Shown one piece after another: positions 1 to 7,291 of a stretch of DNA of 64,000 nt. Source of the DNA: an uncultured virus (IMG/VR IMGVR_UViG_3300027741_000049) (Duplodnaviria > Heunggongvirae > Uroviricota > Caudoviricetes); IMG/VR virus record IMGVR_UViG_3300027741_000049; one strand, 5' to 3'. The stretch's first letter is position 1, and every line of letters begins with the position of its first letter. The notes below the pieces were generated by a model. The model was not told the origin of the DNA and did not search any database. It worked only from the letters and a program-made list of their open reading frames with translations. A program made the position numbers and the translations under genes.

Positions 1-1
1 T

Positions 2-376
2 GTGGATACTTGTGCTCTTGTTGTGGACATTCATCACCACTGGATTAACACTGGTGAGTATTTGGATTGCAATGACCCTAAGCTAGAGCAAGTTTTAGAA
101 AGCTGGCGTGGAGTCAGACCAACACTGCACTACAGCGTTAGCCGTGAAGACGTGTTAGTAGATCATGATCCAAATACCCTGCCTGATCTCAAAGAACTAA
201 AACTACAAGGATTTACTAGTGCCAAGCTTAGAGCTCATAGCGACTATTATTGGAATCAAGCTGTTAACGCTTGGGCCGCTAGTTTTTTACCACGTTTTGA
301 CATTATGTGCGAGTCCAAAGAAAAAAACTTAGCCAGCCATGAATTTGCAAAATTTGCACTTGATTTTGCTTGCTAA
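2..376 (+). CDS. uvsE: UV damage endonuclease (UvsE/UvdE family), C-terminal part, truncated by window edge
   Basis: Motifs VVDIHHHW, W..VRPTLHYS, LRAHSDY, DIMCESKEKNLA typical of the UvdE TIM barrel. Confidence 0.85.
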   Translation: MDTCALVVDIHHHWINTGEYLDCNDPKLEQVLESWRGVRPTLHYSVSREDVLVDHDPNTLPDLKELKLQGFTSAKLRAHSDYYWNQAVNAWAASFLPRFDIMCESKEKNLASHEFAKFALDFAC

Positions 377-388
377 TTGTAGTATAAT
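360..388 (+). promoter_or_regulatory. sigma70-type promoter
   Basis: TTGATT-17 nt-TATAAT. Confidence 0.8.
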
Positions 389-394
389 TTAAAT

Positions 395-478
395 ATGCCC
401 CTTGATCACGGGAAAATCTGGTCGAGCATTTAGTTCGTGGCACATCCAGACACGGCGGCTAAACCCTTAGGCCGCTAC
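395..478 (+). ncRNA. candidate structured RNA / 5' leader
   Basis: GC-rich stretch starting at the predicted +1, with stems CTTGATCA/TGGTCGAG and GCGGCT/GGCCGC plus alternative pairings. Confidence 0.3.
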
Positions 479-493
479 TAACAAAGCGTTTTT

Positions 494-1093
494 ATGGAAC
501 TAATTAACGACAGCGATGTTTGGACTAGTTGCCCCACAGAACACCTATGGATATACGATAAACTAATTTTAGCAAAAAAGTTGGGATATAGTGCAGGTCC
601 TGCAGGAATTTGTGTGCCTGTGGCAAATTGGTACGTAGTTAGACCAATTACTAATTGTCGTATGATGGGTGCAGGAGCATACAAAGCCTGGTTAGTGCCA
701 GAATGCGACAATATCCCTGACGGGTATTTTTGGTGTGAGTGGTTTAATGGCAGACATATTACCATTGATTATAATTTTGGTCAACAAGGGCTAACTGCAG
801 AAGGCATAAAGTTTGCTGGCTCTGTAAATAATTTTTATAGCTGGCAAAAGATTAAGTACTCATATCAATTACCTGAATGTTTACAAGATATAGCTAATAT
901 TAGCAAGTGGTTAAATATTGAGTTAATTGGTGACAAGATTATTGAAGTGCACTTAAGATACAATGATGATTTTTCTGGTCATAGTGGTAATACAATATGG
1001 CCTGTGTGGAAAGATAAAAACCAAGTACAGCCTAGCAATACTGAATTTATAGAAAATGCTTGTGGGCGTAGGCTTGGATTTTGGTACAAATAA
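494..1093 (+). CDS. conserved phage hypothetical protein (possible ATP-grasp-like fold)
   Basis: 199 aa ORF; WIYDKLIL..LGY..GPAG, YVVRP, NIELIG.KIIEVHLR pattern. Confidence 0.6.
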   Translation: MELINDSDVWTSCPTEHLWIYDKLILAKKLGYSAGPAGICVPVANWYVVRPITNCRMMGAGAYKAWLVPECDNIPDGYFWCEWFNGRHITIDYNFGQQGLTAEGIKFAGSVNNFYSWQKIKYSYQLPECLQDIANISKWLNIELIGDKIIEVHLRYNDDFSGHSGNTIWPVWKDKNQVQPSNTEFIENACGRRLGFWYK

Positions 1094-1101
1094 ATCATAA
1101 T

Positions 1102-1175
1102 CGCGGGGTGTGGAAAAGGCATCCGACTAGTTTCATATGCTAGTGTTGCAGGTTCGAGTCCTGCCCCCGCTACCA
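1102..1175 (+). tRNA. tRNA-Met(CAT), initiator-like acceptor stem
   Basis: CGCGGGG/CCCCGCT acceptor with C1-U72 mismatch, anticodon arm CTAGT-TTCATAT-GCTAG, GTTCGAGTC T loop, ACCA end. Confidence 0.85.
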
Positions 1176-1178
1176 CAT

Positions 1179-1270
1179 AGAGAGTTGGCTGAGTGGCCGA
1201 AGGCAGCGGTTTGCTAAACCGTCGTATGCAGAAATGTGTACCGTGGGTTCGAATCCCACACTCTCTGCCA
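1179..1270 (+). tRNA. tRNA-Ser(GCT)
   Basis: AGAGAGT/ACTCTCT acceptor, GCGGT-TTGCTAA-ACCGT, long variable arm, GCCA end. Confidence 0.92.
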
Positions 1271-1281
1271 TTAAAGAAACT

Positions 1282-1593
1282 ATGAGTAGTAAAAGACAAC
1301 AAGTAACAGCAATTATATACGACAAACGTGGACGCGTGCTTAGCATTGGACAAAACAGTTATGTAAAATCACATCCTGTTCAAGCTAAGCACGCTAAACT
1401 TGTTGGGCGTGAACACAATATTTACTTACACGCAGAAATTGCAGCTATTACTAAGTGTCAAGATTTATCTCGTGCACATAAAATATTTGTTACCAGATAT
1501 GACAGCAATGGAAATCCTACACTAGCTAAACCTTGTACAATTTGTATGAGTGCTATTACTGCAGCTAAAATTAAAATAGTGGAGCATACTTAA
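1282..1593 (+). CDS. zinc-dependent cytidine/dCMP deaminase-like protein
   Basis: HAE and PCxxC motifs; start moved to ATG 1282 because the track start lies inside tRNA-Ser. Confidence 0.8.
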   Translation: MSSKRQQVTAIIYDKRGRVLSIGQNSYVKSHPVQAKHAKLVGREHNIYLHAEIAAITKCQDLSRAHKIFVTRYDSNGNPTLAKPCTICMSAITAAKIKIVEHT

Positions 1594-1917
1594 ATGAGCC
1601 GTACACTAAAAGATAAAAAATGGAAACTTAAATTTCCTGAACTAGACTATAAGTTTGATAGTATAAAAATTACTAGTGAAAATAGTTATAGTGTTCGTTA
1701 TATTCAACTGCCTGGTGTAAAACGTAAAAAGAAACGAGAATTAGATACTGATTGGCACTGGCTTAATTCAACGCCTAGCTGGTGGACTCGCTTAATGATG
1801 AATCGACCCCAACGCAGAGCAGGCCGTATTTGGGAACACACAGTACTTAAACAAGCAGACTTAGAGGAGTGCGATCCTCCAGGTGTAGGACACAAACCAC
1901 ACGTATATTACTGGTAA
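1594..1917 (+). CDS. hypothetical basic, Trp-rich protein
   Basis: 107 aa ORF abutting upstream stop (TAAATG). Confidence 0.65.
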   Translation: MSRTLKDKKWKLKFPELDYKFDSIKITSENSYSVRYIQLPGVKRKKKRELDTDWHWLNSTPSWWTRLMMNRPQRRAGRIWEHTVLKQADLEECDPPGVGHKPHVYYW

Positions 1918-1920
1918 AAA

Positions 1921-3081
1921 ATGCAATATGTAGAAATTAATGATCAAATATTAGGTCCTATAAAAGTTAGTTATTCTTTTCAGGAAGGGTTATATGTATC
2001 CTTGGAAAGCGCAATAGAAGATGCAATTTATACTATAATTTTTACTGATGCTGACAGCAATCAACAACTATATAAAGTAGATATTGATGGATATAGTTGG
2101 GCACACTGTAAAGTACTTTATTATGTAAATTGGAATGTTAAAATTTACTTTCAAGATAGAGTTGTGTGGGAACATACACTAGATTTATGTGGTAAAAAAA
2201 TAAGAATTGATATAGATAGCGGCTCGCTTGGTGACAGCTTGGGCTGGATGCCTTATGCAGAGGAATTTAGAAAAAAACATGGTTGCATAGTTTATGTATC
2301 TACATATAATTATGTATACAAACATTGTTTATTTAGTAATCAATATTATCCAAGCTTAATTTTTATTGATCCTAGTCAAGAACTAGAAGATATTTATATT
2401 ACGTATAAAATTGGAGCTTACTATAATAAAGCTAATACAGGACATAATCCTGCACATCATAAACATACGTTTATAGGAGTTCCACATCAACAAATTTGTA
2501 CAGATATTCTTGGTTTACCTTATAAAGAGATAAAACCTTTAGTAGATGAGCGACCTAGAACACCTAAAAAACAAGTTTGTATTAGCATTTTTAGTACGGC
2601 ACAAGCAAAATTTTGGAATAATGAAACTGGTTGGCAAGAGGTAGTAGACTACTTAAATAAACAGGGTTACGTAGTTAAACTATTGGGTAAAGAACCGGAC
2701 GAGTTCATGGGCAATAAAATACCCACAGGAGTTATTAGACCTTATTCTGTTGATAATTTTCAAACAGTAATAGATGAACTAAGAGATTCAGAACTTTTTA
2801 TTGGAATTGGTAGTGGAATAAGCTGGCTAGCTTGGGCATTAAATGTTCCACTAATTTTAATTAGTGGATTTAGTGAACCACGTACAGAAATGCAATCAAA
2901 TTGTATTAGAATAAAAGCTAGACACAATAGTTGTAGTGGTTGTTATAATAAACATCTATTTGATCGCGGTAACTGGTTATGGTGTCCAGAACATGAAAAT
3001 ACGTCAAGATGGTTTGAATGCAGTAGAAAAATAACAGGCAAAATGGTAATCAATAAAATTAAAACTCAACTAGGACTATAA
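1921..3081 (+). CDS. GT9-like glycosyltransferase, Aah/TibC autotransporter O-heptosyltransferase type
   Basis: SLGDSLGWMPYAEEFRKKH, STAQAKFWNN..GWQEVVDYL, FIGIGSGISWLAWA..VP.ILISGFS.P..E and C-terminal CxxC...WCP.H...FEC cysteine cluster. Confidence 0.85.
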   Translation: MQYVEINDQILGPIKVSYSFQEGLYVSLESAIEDAIYTIIFTDADSNQQLYKVDIDGYSWAHCKVLYYVNWNVKIYFQDRVVWEHTLDLCGKKIRIDIDSGSLGDSLGWMPYAEEFRKKHGCIVYVSTYNYVYKHCLFSNQYYPSLIFIDPSQELEDIYITYKIGAYYNKANTGHNPAHHKHTFIGVPHQQICTDILGLPYKEIKPLVDERPRTPKKQVCISIFSTAQAKFWNNETGWQEVVDYLNKQGYVVKLLGKEPDEFMGNKIPTGVIRPYSVDNFQTVIDELRDSELFIGIGSGISWLAWALNVPLILISGFSEPRTEMQSNCIRIKARHNSCSGCYNKHLFDRGNWLWCPEHENTSRWFECSRKITGKMVINKIKTQLGL

Positions 3082-3082
3082 T

Positions 3083-3352
3083 ATGCCGTGTATTAAATGC
3101 AGTAACGGTAAATACAAATACGGAGAAAAAGGTGACTGCATATTTGATACATTAGCCAAATGTAAAGCAGCAGCCGTTGCTATTCATATTCACGAACCTG
3201 GCCCTCACGGCCCAATTCCAGAAGGAAAAGACATGACACCAGTACAACCAGTACAACCAGTTCAACCTGCACTACCAATAAACCCATTTCATGATCCAAC
3301 TTGTCAGTGTACCGCCTGCAAAGGCATGTATCCTACATATCCAATGAAGTAA
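3083..3352 (+). CDS. small Cys/His/Pro-rich hypothetical protein
   Basis: 89 aa ORF with CxxC motifs and a PVQ x3 repeat. Confidence 0.6.
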   Translation: MPCIKCSNGKYKYGEKGDCIFDTLAKCKAAAVAIHIHEPGPHGPIPEGKDMTPVQPVQPVQPALPINPFHDPTCQCTACKGMYPTYPMK

Positions 3353-3356
3353 AATC

Positions 3357-3671
3357 ATGGATCATTATACGCAAAAATTAACTGAATATATTACCGCACT
3401 AGATAATATCCTTGAAAAAGCCAGTAACTTAAAACGTGGCGACAGTGTAAGCTGGAATAGCAGTGGCGGCACAGCACGCGGAAAAATTACTAAAGTAATT
3501 ACTAGTGGCAGTGAACAAGTACCTAATAGTAGTTTTAAAATTACTGGTACCGCAGAAGATCCTGGTGCACTTATCAGAGTGTATACTAAACAAGGCGACA
3601 AGTACGTGCCTACAGATACTATTGTAGGCCACAAATTAAAAACCCTAACCAAAATTGCAGATTTAGGTTAA
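3357..3671 (+). CDS. Hva1/DUF2945 Tudor-like domain protein
   Basis: GDSVSWNSSGGTARGKITKV...GT.EDPGALI...VGHK..TL pattern. Confidence 0.6.
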   Translation: MDHYTQKLTEYITALDNILEKASNLKRGDSVSWNSSGGTARGKITKVITSGSEQVPNSSFKITGTAEDPGALIRVYTKQGDKYVPTDTIVGHKLKTLTKIADLG

Positions 3672-3690
3672 ACTTACAAGGAAAAAAATT

Positions 3691-3954
3691 ATGGCTACAA
3701 CTTTTGATATGCAACCCCCTCCCAGTAAACCTGGTGCAAAACCACAAGCAGGTTTTAGCGCAGAGGGTGTGCCTAATTATATGACACAAACTCCTAACGC
3801 ACAAATGCCAAATCCTACTGCAGCTACTTACACAGCTACAGAAGGATTTAGTGATAGTGGTGTTAGTTCAGAAATGGTTGATGTTAATATTGCTCGTGCA
3901 GGCAATGATGTTGGACCAACTGAAGTTGGTGATACACCTGATGTACAGGATTAA
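3691..3954 (+). CDS. acidic, Pro-rich, likely disordered hypothetical protein
   Basis: 87 aa ORF with AAGGA SD. Confidence 0.6.
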   Translation: MATTFDMQPPPSKPGAKPQAGFSAEGVPNYMTQTPNAQMPNPTAATYTATEGFSDSGVSSEMVDVNIARAGNDVGPTEVGDTPDVQD

Positions 3955-3955
3955 T

Positions 3956-4162
3956 ATGAAAAATCCTTTAGCACCTGAAAATGCTCAACCTATGGGCACA
4001 CCCTTTGAAGAAGGTCAAGCAGATCAAATCGACCCTAAAACAGGGCGAGACTCTAGTGACGTTACACCCGGCGGTGCAGAAACTATGCAAATCAACATTG
4101 TTGATCGTAGCAGCGATACTACTCACGAAGGCGACATGGGTCGTCTAGGCAAAAGCGAATAA
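3956..4162 (+). CDS. acidic, likely disordered hypothetical protein
   Basis: ATG at 3956 right after upstream stop, AGGA SD; 68 aa. Confidence 0.55.
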   Translation: MKNPLAPENAQPMGTPFEEGQADQIDPKTGRDSSDVTPGGAETMQINIVDRSSDTTHEGDMGRLGKSE

Positions 4163-4201
4163 GCCTTAATTATTTGCACACACAACACACAAGGATATAA
4201 T

Positions 4202-4429
4202 ATGAATCCCTTTGAATTACGTACAAAATTGCTGGAGATGGCCACAGACCATTTAAAGCGTCAACATGAAATCAACTGTGACTTTGCCAAAGAAACTTTT
4301 GCAGAGATGATTAAAACTGGTCAGGCCTTGCAAAAAGACTACCAAAAGTATATGCCAAAAATGTATACTTTTGAAGATGTAGTTAGCGAGGCACAAAAGC
4401 TATACGGGTTTGTCAACAATGCTAAGTAA
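4202..4429 (+). CDS. conserved small phage protein
   Basis: MNPFELR..LLEMA...AQKLYGFV pattern; AAGGA SD. Confidence 0.65.
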   Translation: MNPFELRTKLLEMATDHLKRQHEINCDFAKETFAEMIKTGQALQKDYQKYMPKMYTFEDVVSEAQKLYGFVNNAK

Positions 4430-4580
4430 CCTGTGGCGTAACCTACATCAGTTATTTAAACCTTATGATCTTAGCGACTATATCCGTGATTGTGACCCTA
4501 AAGACATTATGGAATTAGAGTCTCGTATGCGTAACTGGGAACGTTACCAGCGCGGCATGGATTTTCGTAACAGCTATTGA
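4419..4580 (+). CDS. DUF3563-like small protein (53 aa, not in ORF track)
   Basis: Manual translation MLSNLWRNLHQLFKPYDLSDYIRDCDPKDIMELESRMRNWERYQRGMDFRNSY; D..ELE.RMR.WER motif. Confidence 0.55.
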   Translation: MLSNLWRNLHQLFKPYDLSDYIRDCDPKDIMELESRMRNWERYQRGMDFRNSY

Positions 4581-4589
4581 GAACACACA

Positions 4590-4724
4590 ATGAATAAATA
4601 TGAATGTGAAGTTTGTGGCAATGTGCATGATGAAGCAGTAGACGGCAAGTGGGACGAGTTACCACAATTCTACTTGTGTCCTGAATGTGGATGCCACAAA
4701 GACGAATACTTTTTAGTAGAGTAA
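4590..4724 (+). CDS. rubredoxin (44 aa, not in ORF track)
   Basis: MNKYECEVCGNVHDEAVDGKWDELPQFYLCPECGCHKDEYFLVE: two CxxCG knuckles, W..LP motif. Confidence 0.88.
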   Translation: MNKYECEVCGNVHDEAVDGKWDELPQFYLCPECGCHKDEYFLVE

Positions 4725-4728
4725 TAAG

Positions 4729-4762
4729 AAGCCGCAAGTTAACCGCTTGCGGCTTTTATTTT
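4729..4762 (+). terminator. intrinsic terminator
   Basis: GCCGCAAG/CTTGCGGC stem followed by T tract. Confidence 0.8.
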
Positions 4763-4846
4763 GCTTATTCAAATTGCACAGCAGTAATGTAACAAGTTTT
4801 GTAGCATAGAAATAAAATTGTAATTTTTGCTGCAAAAACTACTACA

Positions 4847-4875
4847 TTGACTTTTAGTGCTTGGTCGTATATAAT
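4847..4875 (+). promoter_or_regulatory. sigma70-type promoter
   Basis: TTGACT-17 nt-TATAAT. Confidence 0.8.
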
Positions 4876-4989
4876 ATTAAAAGTTATAAAAATAAAGCTG
4901 ACTACAGCAGTTGGCTAACAGGCGGGTAATACTTGCCAGTATTACTTGCTATTTTAAACCCTAAAAATAATAATAACAAGGGGAATATT

Positions 4990-5769
4990 ATGGCAGAAAT
5001 TCTAAATCCAAGTGGCATGATGATGGCCGGCGGGGGTGATGGCGGTCTAGGGTTTGGCGGAGGTGGTGGCCTTATTGGTGGTCTTATCCTTGGTAGCCTA
5101 CTACGTCAAGGCAATGGCGGATTGTTTGGTGGTAACGGCGGAGACGGAGCTGCCGGAGCAGTTCTTCGTAGTCCTCCAGAACAAGTAGCAGCAAATATGT
5201 CACTAATGCAAAGCATTGGTCAAGTTGACAAAGCTGTAGCTGTTAGTACAGCCGCAATGGAAGCTAGTCAAGCTCAACAAACTATTGGTCTTACCAATCA
5301 GTTTAATAGCGTAGCAGGTTCATTAGCTACTCGTGTTGATGGTGTTAAAGAAAGTGTTAATAGTAATAGTGTTGCCCTAATGCAACAACTTAACACAGTT
5401 AACACAAACTTGTTAAATGGTTTTAATCAAACTCAGTCGTTTATTAATAATGATGGCGATAAGACTCGTGCACTAATTACTGCACAGTACGAAGCTACAC
5501 TTAATCGTCAACTTTCAGACGCTAATGCAGCAGTTATTGCTCTGCAAAATCGTTTTGAAAATGCTGAACGTGCGCGCGGTATTGAAGTTAATACAACTAC
5601 TACCGTCAACCAAATGCAACAACAAAGCCAGCAACAGCAACAGTATGGCCAATTGTACAATGCAATCTGGGGACTATCCCAAAGCATTCGTAATACTAAC
5701 GAAGCTATTAATGTTGGTAGTGGAACACTTACCGCTAGTCCAGCTAACACAAATACAAACATTCGGTAA
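4990..5769 (+). CDS. Gly-rich N-terminus / TM / coiled-coil protein of unknown function
   Basis: ATG 4990 with AAGGGG SD; poly-Gly plus hydrophobic LIGGLILGSLL, Q/N-rich heptads, DGDKTRALI motif. Confidence 0.7.
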   Translation: MAEILNPSGMMMAGGGDGGLGFGGGGGLIGGLILGSLLRQGNGGLFGGNGGDGAAGAVLRSPPEQVAANMSLMQSIGQVDKAVAVSTAAMEASQAQQTIGLTNQFNSVAGSLATRVDGVKESVNSNSVALMQQLNTVNTNLLNGFNQTQSFINNDGDKTRALITAQYEATLNRQLSDANAAVIALQNRFENAERARGIEVNTTTTVNQMQQQSQQQQQYGQLYNAIWGLSQSIRNTNEAINVGSGTLTASPANTNTNIR

Positions 5770-5786
5770 TCCTGAATTAAGTAAAC

Positions 5787-5820
5787 AGCCCTCTCAGTCA
5801 CGAGCTGTGAGGGCTTTTTT
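5787..5820 (+). terminator. intrinsic terminator
   Basis: AGCCCTC..CAG/CTG..GAGGGCT stem plus T tract. Confidence 0.7.
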
Positions 5821-5834
5821 ATAGGGATTACAAA

Positions 5835-6353
5835 ATGGATCAAAGACAAAGACAAGGAATGCCTTTTGGGTTTCCTATGATTCCCTACATTGCTCCACCG
5901 CCTCCAGTAGTTCCGGGTTGGTGCCCACCACCGTTTCCAGAAGACGATGTATTTATTAATTATGCTCCAGGAAGTCTTCCAGGACCACCGGGCCCACCCG
6001 GACCCCAAGGCCCAGCAGGCCCCGAAGGCCCGCCAGGCCCGCTTGGACCACAGGGTCCCCCTGGGTCGTTGGCAAACTTGCCGGTTACCTTAGTAGATTC
6101 GGCAGCTTACCCAGCTACTAATACTGACTACTTTATTGGAGTAATTTTTAATGGCGCAACTACAATTACATTACCAGCTGGTACACTAGGCAAAATATTT
6201 ATTATCAAGGATAGTGTGGGCGACGCACTGACAAACCCAATTACTGTAGTTGCAACTGCTAGTACACTAGATGGTGCAGCAAACTACGTAATTGATTCGC
6301 CTTGGGGCTCCATTGGCCTTATATACAATGGAATTGAATGGAATGTAACATGA
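5835..6353 (+). CDS. collagen-like protein with C-terminal fibre-type beta domain
   Basis: About 10 G-X-Y triplets (GPP/GPQ) followed by TITLP...[16 protein letters not shown]...LDG...W domain. Confidence 0.75.
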   Translation: MDQRQRQGMPFGFPMIPYIAPPPPVVPGWCPPPFPEDDVFINYAPGSLPGPPGPPGPQGPAGPEGPPGPLGPQGPPGSLANLPVTLVDSAAYPATNTDYFIGVIFNGATTITLPAGTLGKIFIIKDSVGDALTNPITVVATASTLDGAANYVIDSPWGSIGLIYNGIEWNVT

Positions 6354-6422
6354 GTTACAACAAGCCACTGCCCATTTAGTAGGCACAATTAATTACGTTA
6401 CTCAACCTTAATCTTTACCAAA

Positions 6423-6614
6423 ATGTTTAATCACGATATTTCTACGTTAAATCCTACACAAGCTATTGCAATTGCAAGTGCAGTAGAATCCCTAGACGAT
6501 TTAATTGAATCGGCTACTAGTTTTGTTAAAAACGGCGGACAAAGTTATCGCAGTTTTTTACAAAACCGTGAACAGTTAATTACAAAAATTTGTGAATTAC
6601 CAAACTGCAAATAG
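6423..6614 (+). CDS. hypothetical protein
   Basis: 63 aa ORF. Confidence 0.5.
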   Translation: MFNHDISTLNPTQAIAIASAVESLDDLIESATSFVKNGGQSYRSFLQNREQLITKICELPNCK

Positions 6615-6629
6615 TAAAAAATTTCTGAC

Positions 6630-6658
6630 TTGAAATTTGGTAATGATTGGGGTATAAT
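6630..6658 (+). promoter_or_regulatory. sigma70-type promoter
   Basis: TTGAAA-17 nt-TATAAT. Confidence 0.8.
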
Positions 6659-6693
6659 ACTTATTCATTAGGAAATTTCAACAAAACACAAAT

Positions 6694-6909
6694 ATGCAAA
6701 AAACAAACCGCTTTGATTTTGAGCAACAAATGATGGATTGCTGGGGTGTAGTAGATGATATTAAAACCATCTACTATCTTGGCGACTTGCGTGATACAAC
6801 CGAAGACGAAATGCAGAATTTACTGCTAGGCTTGTTTACTATGTATCAAGTTAAGTTTGAAGTTTTGCAAAAAATGTTTGAAGATTTGATTTACAGCAAA
6901 CAATTGTAA
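6694..6909 (+). CDS. conserved small helical phage protein
   Basis: RFDFEQQMMDCWGVVDDI...NLLLGL..MY..KFE.L pattern. Confidence 0.65.
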   Translation: MQKTNRFDFEQQMMDCWGVVDDIKTIYYLGDLRDTTEDEMQNLLLGLFTMYQVKFEVLQKMFEDLIYSKQL

Positions 6910-6916
6910 ACGGGTA

Positions 6917-6951
6917 GCTACTTGGCAGTTCAATCCTGCCAAGGAGCACCA
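6917..6951 (+). ncRNA. tRNA minihelix-like element (acceptor plus T arm only)
   Basis: GCTACTTGGCAG-TTCAATC-CTGCCAAGGAGC-ACCA: 12-bp helix with one mismatch, T-loop, NCCA. Confidence 0.55.
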
Positions 6952-6982
6952 TACAAAAGCCTAGTTTATCTGGGCTTTTGTA

Positions 6983-7277
6983 TGGTTGTATGAAACAAGC
7001 CGAAAGGCGCGCTGGACGTGGGTTCGACTCCCACCTGGTCCACCAAAAACACATTAAGGCGATGCATAGCCGTGGTACGCGTTACCTCTGTAAGTGTGGT
7101 GTGCTTTTGATGGGCCAGTCATGGTTTCGACAGTGTGATAAGTATGTGAGTGGACAACTCGGTAGGCGATCTCCGCAAAAGAAGCAAACTATATAAATGC
7201 CAATGATGAGGTATTTGCCTTAGCTGCATAAGCTAATGCCGAGGTATGCCCCCGCCTTGTAACCAAGGGGGCTTTTT
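6983..7277 (+). ncRNA. ssrA: circularly permuted (two-piece) tmRNA; tag (A)ANDEVFALAA
   Basis: Piece with T arm and CCA end GGACGTGGGTTCGACTCCCACCTGGTCCACCA (ends 7045), hairpin intervening segment 7046-7111, then GGGCCAGTCATGGTTTCGAC at 7112 giving a G3-U70 pair; tag ORF 7199-7231; terminator hairpin 7247-7277. Confidence 0.93.
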
Positions 7278-7291
7278 ATTGGATAAATCTT

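Noticed and set aside
979..1353. 124-aa minus-strand ORF
   Set aside because: Antisense to two tRNAs and the deaminase, with no coding features.
4507..4737. 76-aa minus-strand ORF
   Set aside because: Antisense to the rubredoxin and DUF3563-like genes, which have recognisable motifs.
6978..7196. 72-aa ORF (+) and 6851..7054 ORF (-) in the track
   Set aside because: They overlap the tmRNA and minihelix; shadow ORFs of structured RNA.
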